NCBI GenBank assembly: GCA_043734185.1
Contig: JAYTFS010000296.1
Coordinates: 1 to 54,756 of the forward strand
Origin: Pseudolabrys sp.
GTDB lineage: Bacteria; Pseudomonadota; Alphaproteobacteria; Rhizobiales; Xanthobacteraceae
DNA length: 54,756 bases
Direction: 5' to 3'
Shown here piece after piece: positions 38,658 to 48,098 of this stretch. Within the stretch, counting starts at the first letter, position 1. Each line of letters starts with the position of its first letter. Under the pieces are notes generated by a model. It made no database searches and had not been told where the DNA came from. It worked only from the letters and a program-made list of their open reading frames with translations. The translations under genes and the position numbers were made by a program.

Positions 38658-40082
38658 ATGTCAGACACCGCCGGCAAAAACGTTGTGGAATGGTCGGTCT
38701 CCGAGCTCTCGGCGGCGCTCAAGCGCACTGTCGAAGACGCCTATGGCTTCGTGCGGGTGCGTGGCGAGGTGTCGGGCTTCAAGGGCCCGTCGCCATCCGG
38801 CCACTGCTACTTCCGCCTCAAGGACGACAAGGCGGTGCTCGAAGGCGTGATCTGGAAGGGTGTCTGGGGCCGCATGCGGGTAAAGCCCGAAGAAGGTCTC
38901 GACGTGATTGTTTCCGGCAAGCTCACCACTTTCGCCGGCTCGTCGAAATACCAGCTCGTCATCGACACGCTGGAGCCGGCCGGCGTCGGCGCGCTGATGA
39001 AGCTCCTGGAAGAACGTAAGAAGAAGCTCGCCGCCGAGGGTCTGTTCGACGAAGCGCGCAAGCAGCTCATTCCGTTTTTGCCGGACGTGATCGGTGTGGT
39101 TACTTCGCCGACCGGCGCGGTGATCCGCGACATTCTGCATCGGCTGGCCGACCGTTTTCCGCGCCGCGTTCTGGTTTGGCCGGTGCGCGTGCAGGGCGAG
39201 CAGTCTGCGGCCGAGGTCGCCAACGCCATCAAGGGTTTCAACGCGCTGCCGGAAAAAGGCGCGCTGCCGCGGCCGGATTTGATCATCGTTGCGCGCGGCG
39301 GCGGCTCGCTTGAGGACTTGTGGTCGTTCAACGAAGAGATCGTGGTGCGGGCGGCGGCCGCCAGCATAATCCCGCTGATTTCCGCCGTCGGCCACGAGAC
39401 CGACATCACGCTGATCGATTTTGCCTCCGACCGGCGCGCGCCGACGCCGACGGCGGCCGCCGAAATGGCGGTGCCGGTGCGCAGCGAGCTGCTGGCGCAG
39501 ATCGCGGCACTAACGGCGCGGCGTCTGGCCTGCTGGCAGCGCGGCGTCGAGCAGCGCCGCAAGGAATTGTATCTGCTGTCGCGCGCATTGCCGGCGGCAG
39601 ACGAATTACTGGCACCGGAGCGCCAGCGGCTCGATGCCTGCGCTGAGCGATTGCCGCGCGCGCTCATCGCCAACGCCCAGATTCACCGCACCCAATTGAC
39701 CAGCACCGCGGCGCGGCTGTCGCCGCGCTTGCTGAAATTGCGGCTGGCGCGCTCCAGCGAAATCGTGGTCGCGCTGGGCAAGCGCGGCGAACTCGCTCAA
39801 GAGAATTATCTCCAGCGGCGTTGGGATCGTGTGGGAAACGCAGATCAATTGCTTAAAGCATATTCGTACCAGGGCGTGCTTAAACGCGGCTTTGCTTTGG
39901 TGCGTGACGGCAGCGGCCATCCGCTGCGCTCGGCCAAGTCCGTCACTAGCCAAATGCGCATGGAAATTGAATTTTCCGACGGCCGCGTCGGCGCGGTGGC
40001 GGAGGGTGCTGTTGCCAAACCCGTAGCCGCCAAGCCCAAACCGCGCGGCGAGAAACCGGGCGGGCAGGGCACGTTGCTCTAG
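38658..40082 (+). CDS. xseA: Exodeoxyribonuclease VII large subunit
   Basis: [56 protein letters not shown] motifs. Confidence 0.98.
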   Translation: MSDTAGKNVVEWSVSELSAALKRTVEDAYGFVRVRGEVSGFKGPSPSGHCYFRLKDDKAVLEGVIWKGVWGRMRVKPEEGLDVIVSGKLTTFAGSSKYQLVIDTLEPAGVGALMKLLEERKKKLAAEGLFDEARKQLIPFLPDVIGVVTSPTGAVIRDILHRLADRFPRRVLVWPVRVQGEQSAAEVANAIKGFNALPEKGALPRPDLIIVARGGGSLEDLWSFNEEIVVRAAAASIIPLISAVGHETDITLIDFASDRRAPTPTAAAEMAVPVRSELLAQIAALTARRLACWQRGVEQRRKELYLLSRALPAADELLAPERQRLDACAERLPRALIANAQIHRTQLTSTAARLSPRLLKLRLARSSEIVVALGKRGELAQENYLQRRWDRVGNADQLLKAYSYQGVLKRGFALVRDGSGHPLRSAKSVTSQMRMEIEFSDGRVGAVAEGAVAKPVAAKPKPRGEKPGGQGTLL

Positions 40083-40096
40083 TATTTGATTTGGCG

Positions 40097-40139
40097 CATG
40101 ATCTTATCTGGAAACCGGTTTCCACTTTTCGGGATCATG
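40097..40139 (-). repeat. 43-bp dispersed imperfect palindromic element, copy 2
   Basis: 39/43 identical (hand alignment) to the reverse complement of 9704-9746; here the stem extends to GCGCATGATC...GATCATGCGC. Confidence 0.9.
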
Positions 40140-40141
40140 CG

Positions 40142-40969
40142 CTAGCGCGAAAACCACTCCGGCACGCGCTTGAGAACATCGGCGCGCGCAGCGGCATCGG
40201 TCCCGATATGAACGCGGCCGGCCGGGTTTGCCGCATTGGCGATGCCGGTGCGTTCCTGAAATTTCAGATTGGCGCGGTCGAAGTCGTGATACGCGCCGGG
40301 ATAAATCTGGATCAGCGCGCCGGCACTGCGTCCACGCGCCCCCACGATCATCTGCTCGCAGGCGCTGGCCAGCGTCCAGTCGTCGGCGCGCCCGATCAGT
40401 ATCAAGGTCGGGATGCGCGCGCTCCAGGCCGACGCGCCGGAGCGCTGGCAATTCGGGTAGAGCGCGACCGCGGCGCGGAAATCCGGTGTCTTGTCGCGCT
40501 GGGGTCCGACACGGCGGCGAACGGTCCAGAGCGCTGTGGTGGCGCCATGCGACCAGCCTAGCAGCGATACGCGATCGGCCTGTACCCAAGGCTGCGTTTG
40601 CAGCCATTGGCGGGCAGCGTTGGCGTCGTTAATTCGCGTTTGCGATGCCCGCACGGCGCTTTGGCGCTGCCGGCATTGCGAGGTCAGATTGCGCGAACCG
40701 AAGCTATCGGGAAACAGCATAGCAAAGCCCGCGGCCACTAGGTGCTCGCCCCATTCCCGGTAGCGGTCGTCGATCGGCAATTCGCCTTCGCCCAGGCCGT
40801 CGCAGGCATGCAACGCCACAACCGCGGGAAACGGCCCGGGACCGGCCGGACGAAAGAGGGTCGCGCGCAGTTTCACGTCACCCGACGGAATTTCGATCTG
40901 CTCGGAGGCATGCGCCGAGCCCAGCGCCAGCATCAGCGCGGCTGTGATCGAAAAAAGCAGGTTGCGCAT
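40142..40969 (-). CDS. Exported dienelactone hydrolase-family alpha/beta hydrolase
   Basis: Signal peptide; nucleophile GWSHG; GRADDW; YPGAYHDFD. Confidence 0.92.
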   Translation of the reverse strand: MRNLLFSITAALMLALGSAHASEQIEIPSGDVKLRATLFRPAGPGPFPAVVALHACDGLGEGELPIDDRYREWGEHLVAAGFAMLFPDSFGSRNLTSQCRQRQSAVRASQTRINDANAARQWLQTQPWVQADRVSLLGWSHGATTALWTVRRRVGPQRDKTPDFRAAVALYPNCQRSGASAWSARIPTLILIGRADDWTLASACEQMIVGARGRSAGALIQIYPGAYHDFDRANLKFQERTGIANAANPAGRVHIGTDAAARADVLKRVPEWFSR

Positions 40970-41120
40970 GCGGCGATACTCCGGCACCGGCAGAAATCTA
41001 ACCGGGCGCACATAAACCGGGCATGAACAGCTTTATTCCTGGGTTTCAAGGGTTCCGTTTTTGCCACCAAACGACTACATTTGGGCGTTCTTCACCGCGC
41101 CCCACCCACCGGAGGCCGTT

Positions 41121-41336
41121 TTGCTCAATCGTTACGATCGCTCCTCGCCCACGAACGGCGAAGCCGAGGTCAAATACCTCGATGGCGATTTCCGGGTGAC
41201 CCGGCCGGGCGCCTTTGTGCGCTGTTCGGTGACCGGCGTGCCGATCCCGCTCGAGGAGCTCAAATACTGGAGCGTCGATTTGCAGGAGGCCTATGCCTCG
41301 CCCGAGGCGGTCTTGCAGCGGCTGAACGGGAAGTAG
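41121..41336 (+). CDS. DUF2093-family protein
   Basis: YLDGDFRV, FVRCSVTG, LEELKYWSV, QEAYA motifs; TTG start after GGAGG. Confidence 0.9.
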   Translation: MLNRYDRSSPTNGEAEVKYLDGDFRVTRPGAFVRCSVTGVPIPLEELKYWSVDLQEAYASPEAVLQRLNGK

Positions 41337-42329
41337 CTATTTCCCGATTTTTGTCAGCACCAACTTCCGCAATTCGTCCATTTCATCGACCACCAGCGTG
41401 ACAGGCAGCGCTTGCGCGCGAGCCGCCAGCGCTGCCAGCCCGGGCTCGCCAGCCATGCGTGCGAGATCTTTTTCCGTGGTCACCAGCGTCAATCCGCCTT
41501 GCTCGGCCTGCGTTGTCAGTTGGGCGGCTTCCTCGACCGTGAAGCGGTGGTGATCGCCGAACGCCCTGCGTTGCGACACAGCGATGCCGGCTTGCGTCAG
41601 AGTTGAGAAAAACTTCTCCGGGTCGCCAATGCCGGCGAAGGCCATAACATTTTTCCCCTTCAATCCGGCAACGGCCGAAACATCGGGTTCCAGGCGTCCG
41701 TGAAAAACTGGCAGGTTGCCGGCGGCAGCCACAACGTCGCCAGCGCCGCCCGCCTCGCCAACAATCAGCAGCGCGTCGCAGCGCGCCAGTTGCGCGTCGA
41801 GCGGCGCGCGCAAGGGACCGGCGGGAAACACACAACCATTGCCGACGCCGCGCCGTCCATCGACAACGGCAATCGTGAAATCCTTTGCCAGCGATGGGTT
41901 CTGCAGGCCGTCATCCATGACGATGACGCTGGCGCCGTTGGAATGCGCCGTCTTTGCCCCTTCGACACGGTCGCGGGCCACCACGGTTGGCGTCACGCGC
42001 GCGAGTAGCAGCGCTTCATCGCCGACCTCCACCGCGCGGTCATTTTTCGCATCGACCAGCTTGGCGCCTGCATTGCTGCCGCCATAGCCGCGGCTGAGAC
42101 AAGCGGGCCGTTCGCTTGCCGCCTGCAGCATTTTTGCAAGCAACAAGACGGCCGGCGTCTTGCCGGCGCCGCCCATGGTGAAATTTCCCACGCACAGCAC
42201 CGGCAACGTGGCGCGGGCGCCGGTCATGAACATGCGCCGCGCGGCGATGGCGCCATAGGCCGACGCCAGTGGCGCGAGCAAGCCCGCAGCCAGTCCGGCT
42301 TTGCGCCACCAGAAGGCCGGTTCACGCAT
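41337..42329 (-). CDS. lpxK: Tetraacyldisaccharide 4'-kinase
   Basis: VGNFTMGGAGKTP, SRGYGG, GDEALLL, MDDGLQN, PAGPLR, TTEKD motifs. Confidence 0.97.
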   Translation of the reverse strand: MREPAFWWRKAGLAAGLLAPLASAYGAIAARRMFMTGARATLPVLCVGNFTMGGAGKTPAVLLLAKMLQAASERPACLSRGYGGSNAGAKLVDAKNDRAVEVGDEALLLARVTPTVVARDRVEGAKTAHSNGASVIVMDDGLQNPSLAKDFTIAVVDGRRGVGNGCVFPAGPLRAPLDAQLARCDALLIVGEAGGAGDVVAAAGNLPVFHGRLEPDVSAVAGLKGKNVMAFAGIGDPEKFFSTLTQAGIAVSQRRAFGDHHRFTVEEAAQLTTQAEQGGLTLVTTEKDLARMAGEPGLAALAARAQALPVTLVVDEMDELRKLVLTKIGK

Positions 42330-43626
42330 GATCGGCTCGCTGGCGCAGTTGAAGCTGCATCAAATAGGGATCAAGCGACGCCAAAGTTCGCTCCAGTGCG
42401 CCGCCCAGTGCGTCGACAGTCTTGCGCGCCGTGGCCGCGACTTGGGCGCGCGTGGCCTCGTTGATGAGCAAGGCGGCCATGCCGGCCGTGAGGCCGTTTG
42501 CATCGACAACTGGCTCGGCCCCATGCGCCTGGTCGAGCGCGGCATAGATCTCGGCGAAGTTCCAGACATGCGGGCCGTGCAGAATGGCGGCGCCGAGCTT
42601 GGCGGCCTCAATCGGGTTTTGCCCACCGTGGCGGACCAGCGAGCCGCCGATGAACACGATCGGCGCCAGCCGATAGATCAATCCCAGTTCGCCGATGGTG
42701 TCGGCGACATAGATGTCCGTCGCGGCGCGCGGCAATTCGCCGCGCGAACGTTGCGCGGTGGTGAGGCCCGCCGTCGCCGCGATCTCGACCACGCCGGGGC
42801 CGCGCTCGGGATGGCGCGGTGCAATCAGTGTCAGCAGTTTTGGAAAATTGTGGCGCAAGCGCCGGTGCGCCTCCATCACGATGCCCTCTTCGCCAGTGTG
42901 GGTGGAGACAGCCGCGATCACCGGCCGTCCCGCGATCGCGTCTTGCAGCGCCGCGAGCTTGGCGCTATCGGCGGAAGGCGCCGGCACGTCGAGCTTGAGA
43001 TTGCCGGTGGTGACAATGCGCGGCGCACCGGATTCGTTGAGGCGCTCGGCGTCGCCCAGCGTGCCGGCGAGGCAGAGGTCGAAGCGTTGCAGCAAAAAGG
43101 CGAAAGTCTTCGGCAAATAACGCCAGCGCCGGAACGAGTTTTCCGACAGCCTTCCGTTGATCATGATCATCGGCACTGAGCGCCGCGATGCCTCGATCAT
43201 CATGTTCGGCCATATATCGGATTCGACAAACAGCGCCAGGTCGGGTCGCCAATGATCGTAGAAGCGGCGCATGTAGCGCGGCATATCGACCGGAATGAAT
43301 TGATGGATGACGCCGCGCGGCAACCGCTGCGCAGCAAGCCCTCCCGAGGTCACGGTGCCGGTGGTCACCAGCATTTCGACGCCGCGCGCGCGGACGCGCT
43401 CGATCAGAGGCAGGACGCTGGCAAGCTCGCCAACGCTTGCCGCGTGCAGCCAGACCAGCGCACCATTCGGCCGAGCGACGCGCGCCTCGCCTCGCCGCTC
43501 CGAGAGCCGAGCGCGATGTTCCTTGCCGCGTTTGAGGCGGCGCGCCAGCAGCAGCGGCACCAGTGGCGTCACAGCCGCCGACAGCAGCCGGTAGGCACGC
43601 AGCGTGACAGGGGGCTTTTCGCTCAC
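42322..43626 (-). CDS. waaA: Kdo transferase
   Basis: WLHAASVGE, NGRLS, TGNLKLD, APRHPERG, DTIGELG, GGQNPIEAA motifs. Confidence 0.97.
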   Translation of the reverse strand: MSEKPPVTLRAYRLLSAAVTPLVPLLLARRLKRGKEHRARLSERRGEARVARPNGALVWLHAASVGELASVLPLIERVRARGVEMLVTTGTVTSGGLAAQRLPRGVIHQFIPVDMPRYMRRFYDHWRPDLALFVESDIWPNMMIEASRRSVPMIMINGRLSENSFRRWRYLPKTFAFLLQRFDLCLAGTLGDAERLNESGAPRIVTTGNLKLDVPAPSADSAKLAALQDAIAGRPVIAAVSTHTGEEGIVMEAHRRLRHNFPKLLTLIAPRHPERGPGVVEIAATAGLTTAQRSRGELPRAATDIYVADTIGELGLIYRLAPIVFIGGSLVRHGGQNPIEAAKLGAAILHGPHVWNFAEIYAALDQAHGAEPVVDANGLTAGMAALLINEATRAQVAATARKTVDALGGALERTLASLDPYLMQLQLRQRADHA

Positions 43627-44330
43627 GGCGTTTTACTTCCCGGCCGGTCGACAATTTCATAGGCGCGTGACGTCACCCGGTTAAGCTCCCTCTCCACGAA
43701 TTGGCGGGCGGCTTCCAGTGCAGCGGCATCGGCATCGCGCGGAACATAGATGGGGTCGCCGGCCACCAACGCTGTCCGTCCGAATGGCAGGTTGACTGCG
43801 CAGCGATCCCAACTGTCGAGTTCGGTACGCCGGCTGCTGGCCATCGCCACCACATAAATCGGTCGACCAGAATACTGCGCCAGTTTGATCACGCCCATGC
43901 CAGCGACGCGGGAAATCTTTGGCACATCGGCGGTGAGCGCGATATTGTAACCTTGCGCAAGGGCTTCGAGCATTTCCGCGAATGCACCGACGCCGCCTTT
44001 GCGTTGAAATTCGCCGTTATGCGCGCCGGAGCCGCGAATAGTGCCTACACCAAGGTTCTCGGCGGCGATCGCATTGATCTCGCCGTCGCGGTGACGTGAG
44101 ATCAACACCTTGGCGGGGAAATTTCCCTTGTTCGGCTGGATGAACGGGATCAGGAAATGCTGGCCATGCCACATCGCGACAATCAAGGGCGTGTGCAAGT
44201 CGTCGTAGAGCGCCGCCGGCTCGTTGGTGTGCCTGCACGTATACCAGACCAGCCGCAGATACCACGCCGCCGTCGTTCCAACCGCTTTCTGAAATGCGGC
44301 CGATGTGATGATCCGCTTGAATAATGCCAT
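43623..44330 (-). CDS. DUF374 lysophospholipid acyltransferase (LpxJ-like lipid A acyltransferase)
   Basis: WHGQH, ISRHRDGE, IRGS, TADVPK, SWD...LPFG motifs; adjacent to waaA. Confidence 0.88.
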   Translation of the reverse strand: MALFKRIITSAAFQKAVGTTAAWYLRLVWYTCRHTNEPAALYDDLHTPLIVAMWHGQHFLIPFIQPNKGNFPAKVLISRHRDGEINAIAAENLGVGTIRGSGAHNGEFQRKGGVGAFAEMLEALAQGYNIALTADVPKISRVAGMGVIKLAQYSGRPIYVVAMASSRRTELDSWDRCAVNLPFGRTALVAGDPIYVPRDADAAALEAARQFVERELNRVTSRAYEIVDRPGSKTP

Positions 44331-44584
44331 CAGCCGCCGCTGGGCTTTATCGTGCTGTCGGGGTCGAGCAGCCGGTGCACGTGGACGATGAAATAGCGCA
44401 TATGGGCGTTGTCGACGGTCTGCTGCGCCTTCGCCTTCCACGCGACATAGGCGCTGGCATAATTCGGGTAGACCCCGACATATTCGACCTTGTCGAGATC
44501 CTTGAATTCGTTGCTGCCGAGCGCCGTGAGCTCGCCGCCGATCACGAGGTGCAGCAATTGTTTTCCGGGCACAGTGTTAGACAT
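44330..44584 (-). CDS. DUF4170-family protein
   Basis: LHLVIGGEL, VGVYPNY, TVDNAHMRYFIVHVHRLLDP motifs. Confidence 0.9.
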   Translation of the reverse strand: MSNTVPGKQLLHLVIGGELTALGSNEFKDLDKVEYVGVYPNYASAYVAWKAKAQQTVDNAHMRYFIVHVHRLLDPDSTIKPSGG

Positions 44585-44654
44585 GGCTTGATCCTTCGAA
44601 GAAGCCCGGCAGTGGGTTCATACGAGGTTGCACGCGAGCGATCCAGACCTGAAT

Positions 44655-45458
44655 TTACGCGAACTCAGGCAGGCGGCCGCGCACCAGTTCCATCAGCGTA
44701 GCATGGCGGGGGGGACCCGCCGCAATCAGCGCGCCGTGCAAGACATGAGGCTGATTATAACGCCGCGGCTGGCCGGTGAAATCGGTCATCAAGCCGCCGG
44801 CTTCATGAATCAGCAGGTCGGCCGCCACCAGATCCCAGTCATGGCTGCCAGGCGAGGCGAAAGCGGCATCGAGCGCCCCATGCGCGACGCGCGTCAGCCG
44901 CAAGGCCAGCGAATGCACCTTGGGCTGGGGCAGGATCTCCGGGTTGAGGCCGGAAAGTTTGTCCAGATAGCGTTTGGGTCCGGCGAGTTTGGCGCCATTG
45001 AGCGTCGCGTTCTGGTTTGCCCGAATACCGGCGCCGTTGAGCGTCGCGCCCTGGTCGCGAAGCGCGAGGAACATCTCTTCCGTAACCGGCGCATAAAGTG
45101 CCGCCAATACCGGGCGGCTGCCGTCGACCAGCGCTACCGAAATGGTCCAGTCGTCGCGGCCGGCAATATAGGCACGGGTTCCGTCGATCGGATCGACAAC
45201 CCAGGCGGTCTCCATTGCGCGGCCCGCAAGGCTGTCTTCGGTTTCCTCCGACAACCAACCGGCGGCGGGCACGAGCGCGCTGAGTTTCGCGCGCAGCAAA
45301 TTGTTGACAGCGATGTCGCCTTCGCTGACCGGCGAGTTGTCGTCGCCTTTGGTCCAGCGCTTGAATTCGCCACGCGAGGTCACTCGCGCCAGTTCGCCGG
45401 CCTCGCGCATCACGGCTTCCAGCGAACCGCGAAGCGCTACGAGGTCACTGCCCGGCAA
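44655..45458 (-). CDS. Inositol monophosphatase/CysQ-family phosphatase
   Basis: SPVSEGD, LSEE, WVVDPIDGT, HDWD motifs; start approximate, overlapping the upstream gene. Confidence 0.92.
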   Translation of the reverse strand: MPGSDLVALRGSLEAVMREAGELARVTSRGEFKRWTKGDDNSPVSEGDIAVNNLLRAKLSALVPAAGWLSEETEDSLAGRAMETAWVVDPIDGTRAYIAGRDDWTISVALVDGSRPVLAALYAPVTEEMFLALRDQGATLNGAGIRANQNATLNGAKLAGPKRYLDKLSGLNPEILPQPKVHSLALRLTRVAHGALDAAFASPGSHDWDLVAADLLIHEAGGLMTDFTGQPRRYNQPHVLHGALIAAGPPRHATLMELVRGRLPEFA

Positions 45459-46806
45459 CGGTGAGGCCCTCCAGGCGCACGGTCGGCGCATTGGTGCCGT
45501 AACGGAATTCGAGATCGTCGGCGGGCGTCAGCGTGCGAAAAATGTCAAGCAGGTGTCCAGCAATGGTGACTTCGCTCACCGGATAAGTGCGCTTGCCGTT
45601 CTCGATCCAGAATCCGGAAGCGCCGCGGCTGTAGTCGCCGGTCACTACGTTGGCGCCCGAGCCGATCAGGTCGGTGACATAAAATCCGTCGGTAATGTCG
45701 GCGATCAGCGCCTCGGGGCTGATGGTGCCTGCCTCGAGATGCAGGTTGCTCGCGCCGGGCGAAGGGCTTGACGATGCGCCGCGCTGGGCGTGGCCGGTGG
45801 TGACGAGGCCCAGTTCGCGCGCGGTTGCGCTGTCGAGAATCCACGAGCGCAAAGCGCCGTCATCTATTAGCGCCAGGCGCTTGCCGGCGACGCCCTCGCC
45901 GTCGAACGGATGCGAGCGCAGGCCGCGCTTGCGCAACGGATCGTCGATGATGCGAATGCCTTTGGCGAAGATCTGCTCGCCCATCTTGTCTTTCAGGAAT
46001 GTCACCTTGCGTGCGACCGCGCCGCCGTTGACGGCGCTGGCGAGATGCGAAACCAGCGTGCTGGCGACACGGCGGTCGAACGCCACCGGCACCTTGCGCG
46101 TGGTCACCTTGCGCGGATTGATGCGCTCGACCGCGCGCATGCCGGCGCTGCGGCCGATCTGTTCCGGGCTCTCCAGGTCAGAAGCGTGCAGGGCAGAGGC
46201 GTAATCATAGTCACGTTCCATGCCGGTGCCGTCGCCTGCAATCGCGACCATCGACACGCCGTGGTGCGAGCCGAGATAACTTCCGGAAAATCCGTGACTG
46301 GTCACAAGTACCATGCCGCTGATACCGGCCGAGGCCGAGGCGCCGCCCGACTTGGAGACACCCTTCACGCCCAAGGCCGCCCGTTCGGCGGCGATGGCCA
46401 TGGTCTCCAATTGCTTAACCGTCGGCAAAACGGGGTCGAGCAGATCGAGTTCGGGAAACTTGTGCGCCAATAGCGCGGGGTCGGCGAGGCCGGCATATTT
46501 GTCGTCCGGCGCTACGCGCGCCATCGCCACGGCGCGCTCGGCCAGCGTCTTGGCGTCACCCGACATGTCATTGGTCGAAACCACCGCCTGGCGCTGCCCG
46601 ACCAGCACGCGCAGGCCCAGATCGTCGCCCTCGGCGCTCTCGGATTCCTCGACCGCACCATCTCGCACCTCAAGCCCCAGCGAAACCGAACGCACCGCCA
46701 CCGCATCGGCGGCGTCCGCGCCGGCCGCGAGCGCCGCCTTTACCAACCGTTCAGCACGGTCAGTGAGAGCGCTCTGGTCGAAAAGAGAGGAGGCGGGGGC
46801 AAGCAT
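45445..46806 (-). CDS. pmbA: TldD/PmbA-family protein (PmbA/TldE type)
   Basis: GADAADA, MERDY, FDGEGV, TGHAQR, TGDYSRGASGFWIENG, SEVTIAG motifs. Confidence 0.93.
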   Translation of the reverse strand: MLAPASSLFDQSALTDRAERLVKAALAAGADAADAVAVRSVSLGLEVRDGAVEESESAEGDDLGLRVLVGQRQAVVSTNDMSGDAKTLAERAVAMARVAPDDKYAGLADPALLAHKFPELDLLDPVLPTVKQLETMAIAAERAALGVKGVSKSGGASASAGISGMVLVTSHGFSGSYLGSHHGVSMVAIAGDGTGMERDYDYASALHASDLESPEQIGRSAGMRAVERINPRKVTTRKVPVAFDRRVASTLVSHLASAVNGGAVARKVTFLKDKMGEQIFAKGIRIIDDPLRKRGLRSHPFDGEGVAGKRLALIDDGALRSWILDSATARELGLVTTGHAQRGASSSPSPGASNLHLEAGTISPEALIADITDGFYVTDLIGSGANVVTGDYSRGASGFWIENGKRTYPVSEVTIAGHLLDIFRTLTPADDLEFRYGTNAPTVRLEGLTVAGQ

Positions 46807-47030
46807 GAGAATATTCACATGGCGTTGAAGGCGATCCGGTGCAACCGCCGGTCCGGACAATTCGGCTCTCGATCTCAACACCTCGTCAATCATGGTTCGC
46901 AACGCGGCGTCAATCATGGCGCATGAAGCAGGCCGCGTTACAGTCAGTTAACCCCGTACATTAAGCGGATTCGGACGCCTTTCCGCCATGATCGCCGTAA
47001 CGACCGGGCGCATAAGCCAGGCGTGGGAGT

Positions 47031-47615
47031 TTGGGGCGTCAAATGCGAAGTGGCGGTTGTCCCGCCGGGTCGAGCAGCGCATTGCTACTCGACCCGTTCA
47101 CTCTGCCGGCGCGTTTTGCGGCAAACGATGCCGCGGCCGACGAGCGGGTGCGGCATGTCGAGCTTTACCGTGAGCGTGTCGTGGTGCGGCGTTCGCTCGC
47201 CGGCATGCGCATGGCGCTCAATATGCCAGTCTCGGCCTTCGCTGGCGTGGCGATCCGGCTGAACGCCGGCGAGGACGGCCAACCCGGCACCGTTTCCGTC
47301 ATTCTCGAACACAAAGATCCGTCGCTGGCGTTGCCGCTGTTTGTATCGGCCGAAGCCGATGACGCGCAGGCGCAATGGCACACCTGGGCCAATGTGCTGG
47401 GCCTGCCGATGCTGGTTGCCGAAGCCGACGGGGAATTGCGCGAGCCGTTCGCCCGCATGGGTGGCGTGCGGATCGAGCGCGTCAAAATGCGCCGCCGCCG
47501 CCGCAATGCCATCAGGCGCCGCCGTCCGACGATGCCGCTGCGCCGCAAGGCCGGCAAGCTCACCGGCGCCACGCCGGTGTATCGCGGCGAGCGCGAGATT
47601 ATCGCCAGACACTGA
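47031..47615 (+). CDS. Conserved hypothetical protein (DUF6101-like)
   Basis: LDPFTLPARF...DERVR, LEHKDPSL, WANVLGLP, Arg-rich tail, EREIIAR; TTG start after GGGAG. Confidence 0.8.
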   Translation: MGRQMRSGGCPAGSSSALLLDPFTLPARFAANDAAADERVRHVELYRERVVVRRSLAGMRMALNMPVSAFAGVAIRLNAGEDGQPGTVSVILEHKDPSLALPLFVSAEADDAQAQWHTWANVLGLPMLVAEADGELREPFARMGGVRIERVKMRRRRRNAIRRRRPTMPLRRKAGKLTGATPVYRGEREIIARH

Positions 47616-47636
47616 TCGCTATTTGCAGCGCTGCAG

Positions 47637-48005
47637 TTACAGCACGCCGCCCGGCTGCATGCTCAACTCGATATGGTAGGCATCGACCTTTTGCAGCGTG
47701 TAGTCGACGTGGGCGTTTCTGATCTGGCCCGTGCTGAATTCATCGGTCACGCGGAAGCGCGTCGCGCTTTCCTCCGTGATCGTACGCAGGCGATAGGCCG
47801 GCACGCCGCCTTTGCTGTCGGTGCGCTGATCACCTTTGAATTCGATCACGCGCAACTGGCTGCAATCGATTGCGCCTTTTTCGGTGCTCGCGCTTTGACC
47901 CCAGCGGCCGGCAATCGGATAACCGGCGGCAAACGTCGGCGCGGCCAGCGCGACCACAAGCATCGCCGTCAGAACCATTTTCTGCATGAGCATGAATTGG
48001 TGCAT
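47637..48005 (-). CDS. Exported hypothetical protein, possibly with a premature stop near the C-terminus
   Basis: Signal peptide (PTFA), YPIAGRWG; frame continues LQRCK-TAG (to 47619) after the TAA. Confidence 0.7.
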   Translation of the reverse strand: MHQFMLMQKMVLTAMLVVALAAPTFAAGYPIAGRWGQSASTEKGAIDCSQLRVIEFKGDQRTDSKGGVPAYRLRTITEESATRFRVTDEFSTGQIRNAHVDYTLQKVDAYHIELSMQPGGVL

Positions 48006-48098
48006 AGCACCTAAATCGGCTTCGTTGGCCGTAAAATCAAGCGCGCGGGCGGCGGATGCTTAACGAATGCGATGAATATTCATTTCAATTAACGCGGA

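Noticed and set aside
46938-46964. CtrA box upstream of the DUF6101-like gene
   Set aside because: The two TTAA half-sites are 9 nt apart rather than 7, and the alternative pairing is degenerate; too weak to call
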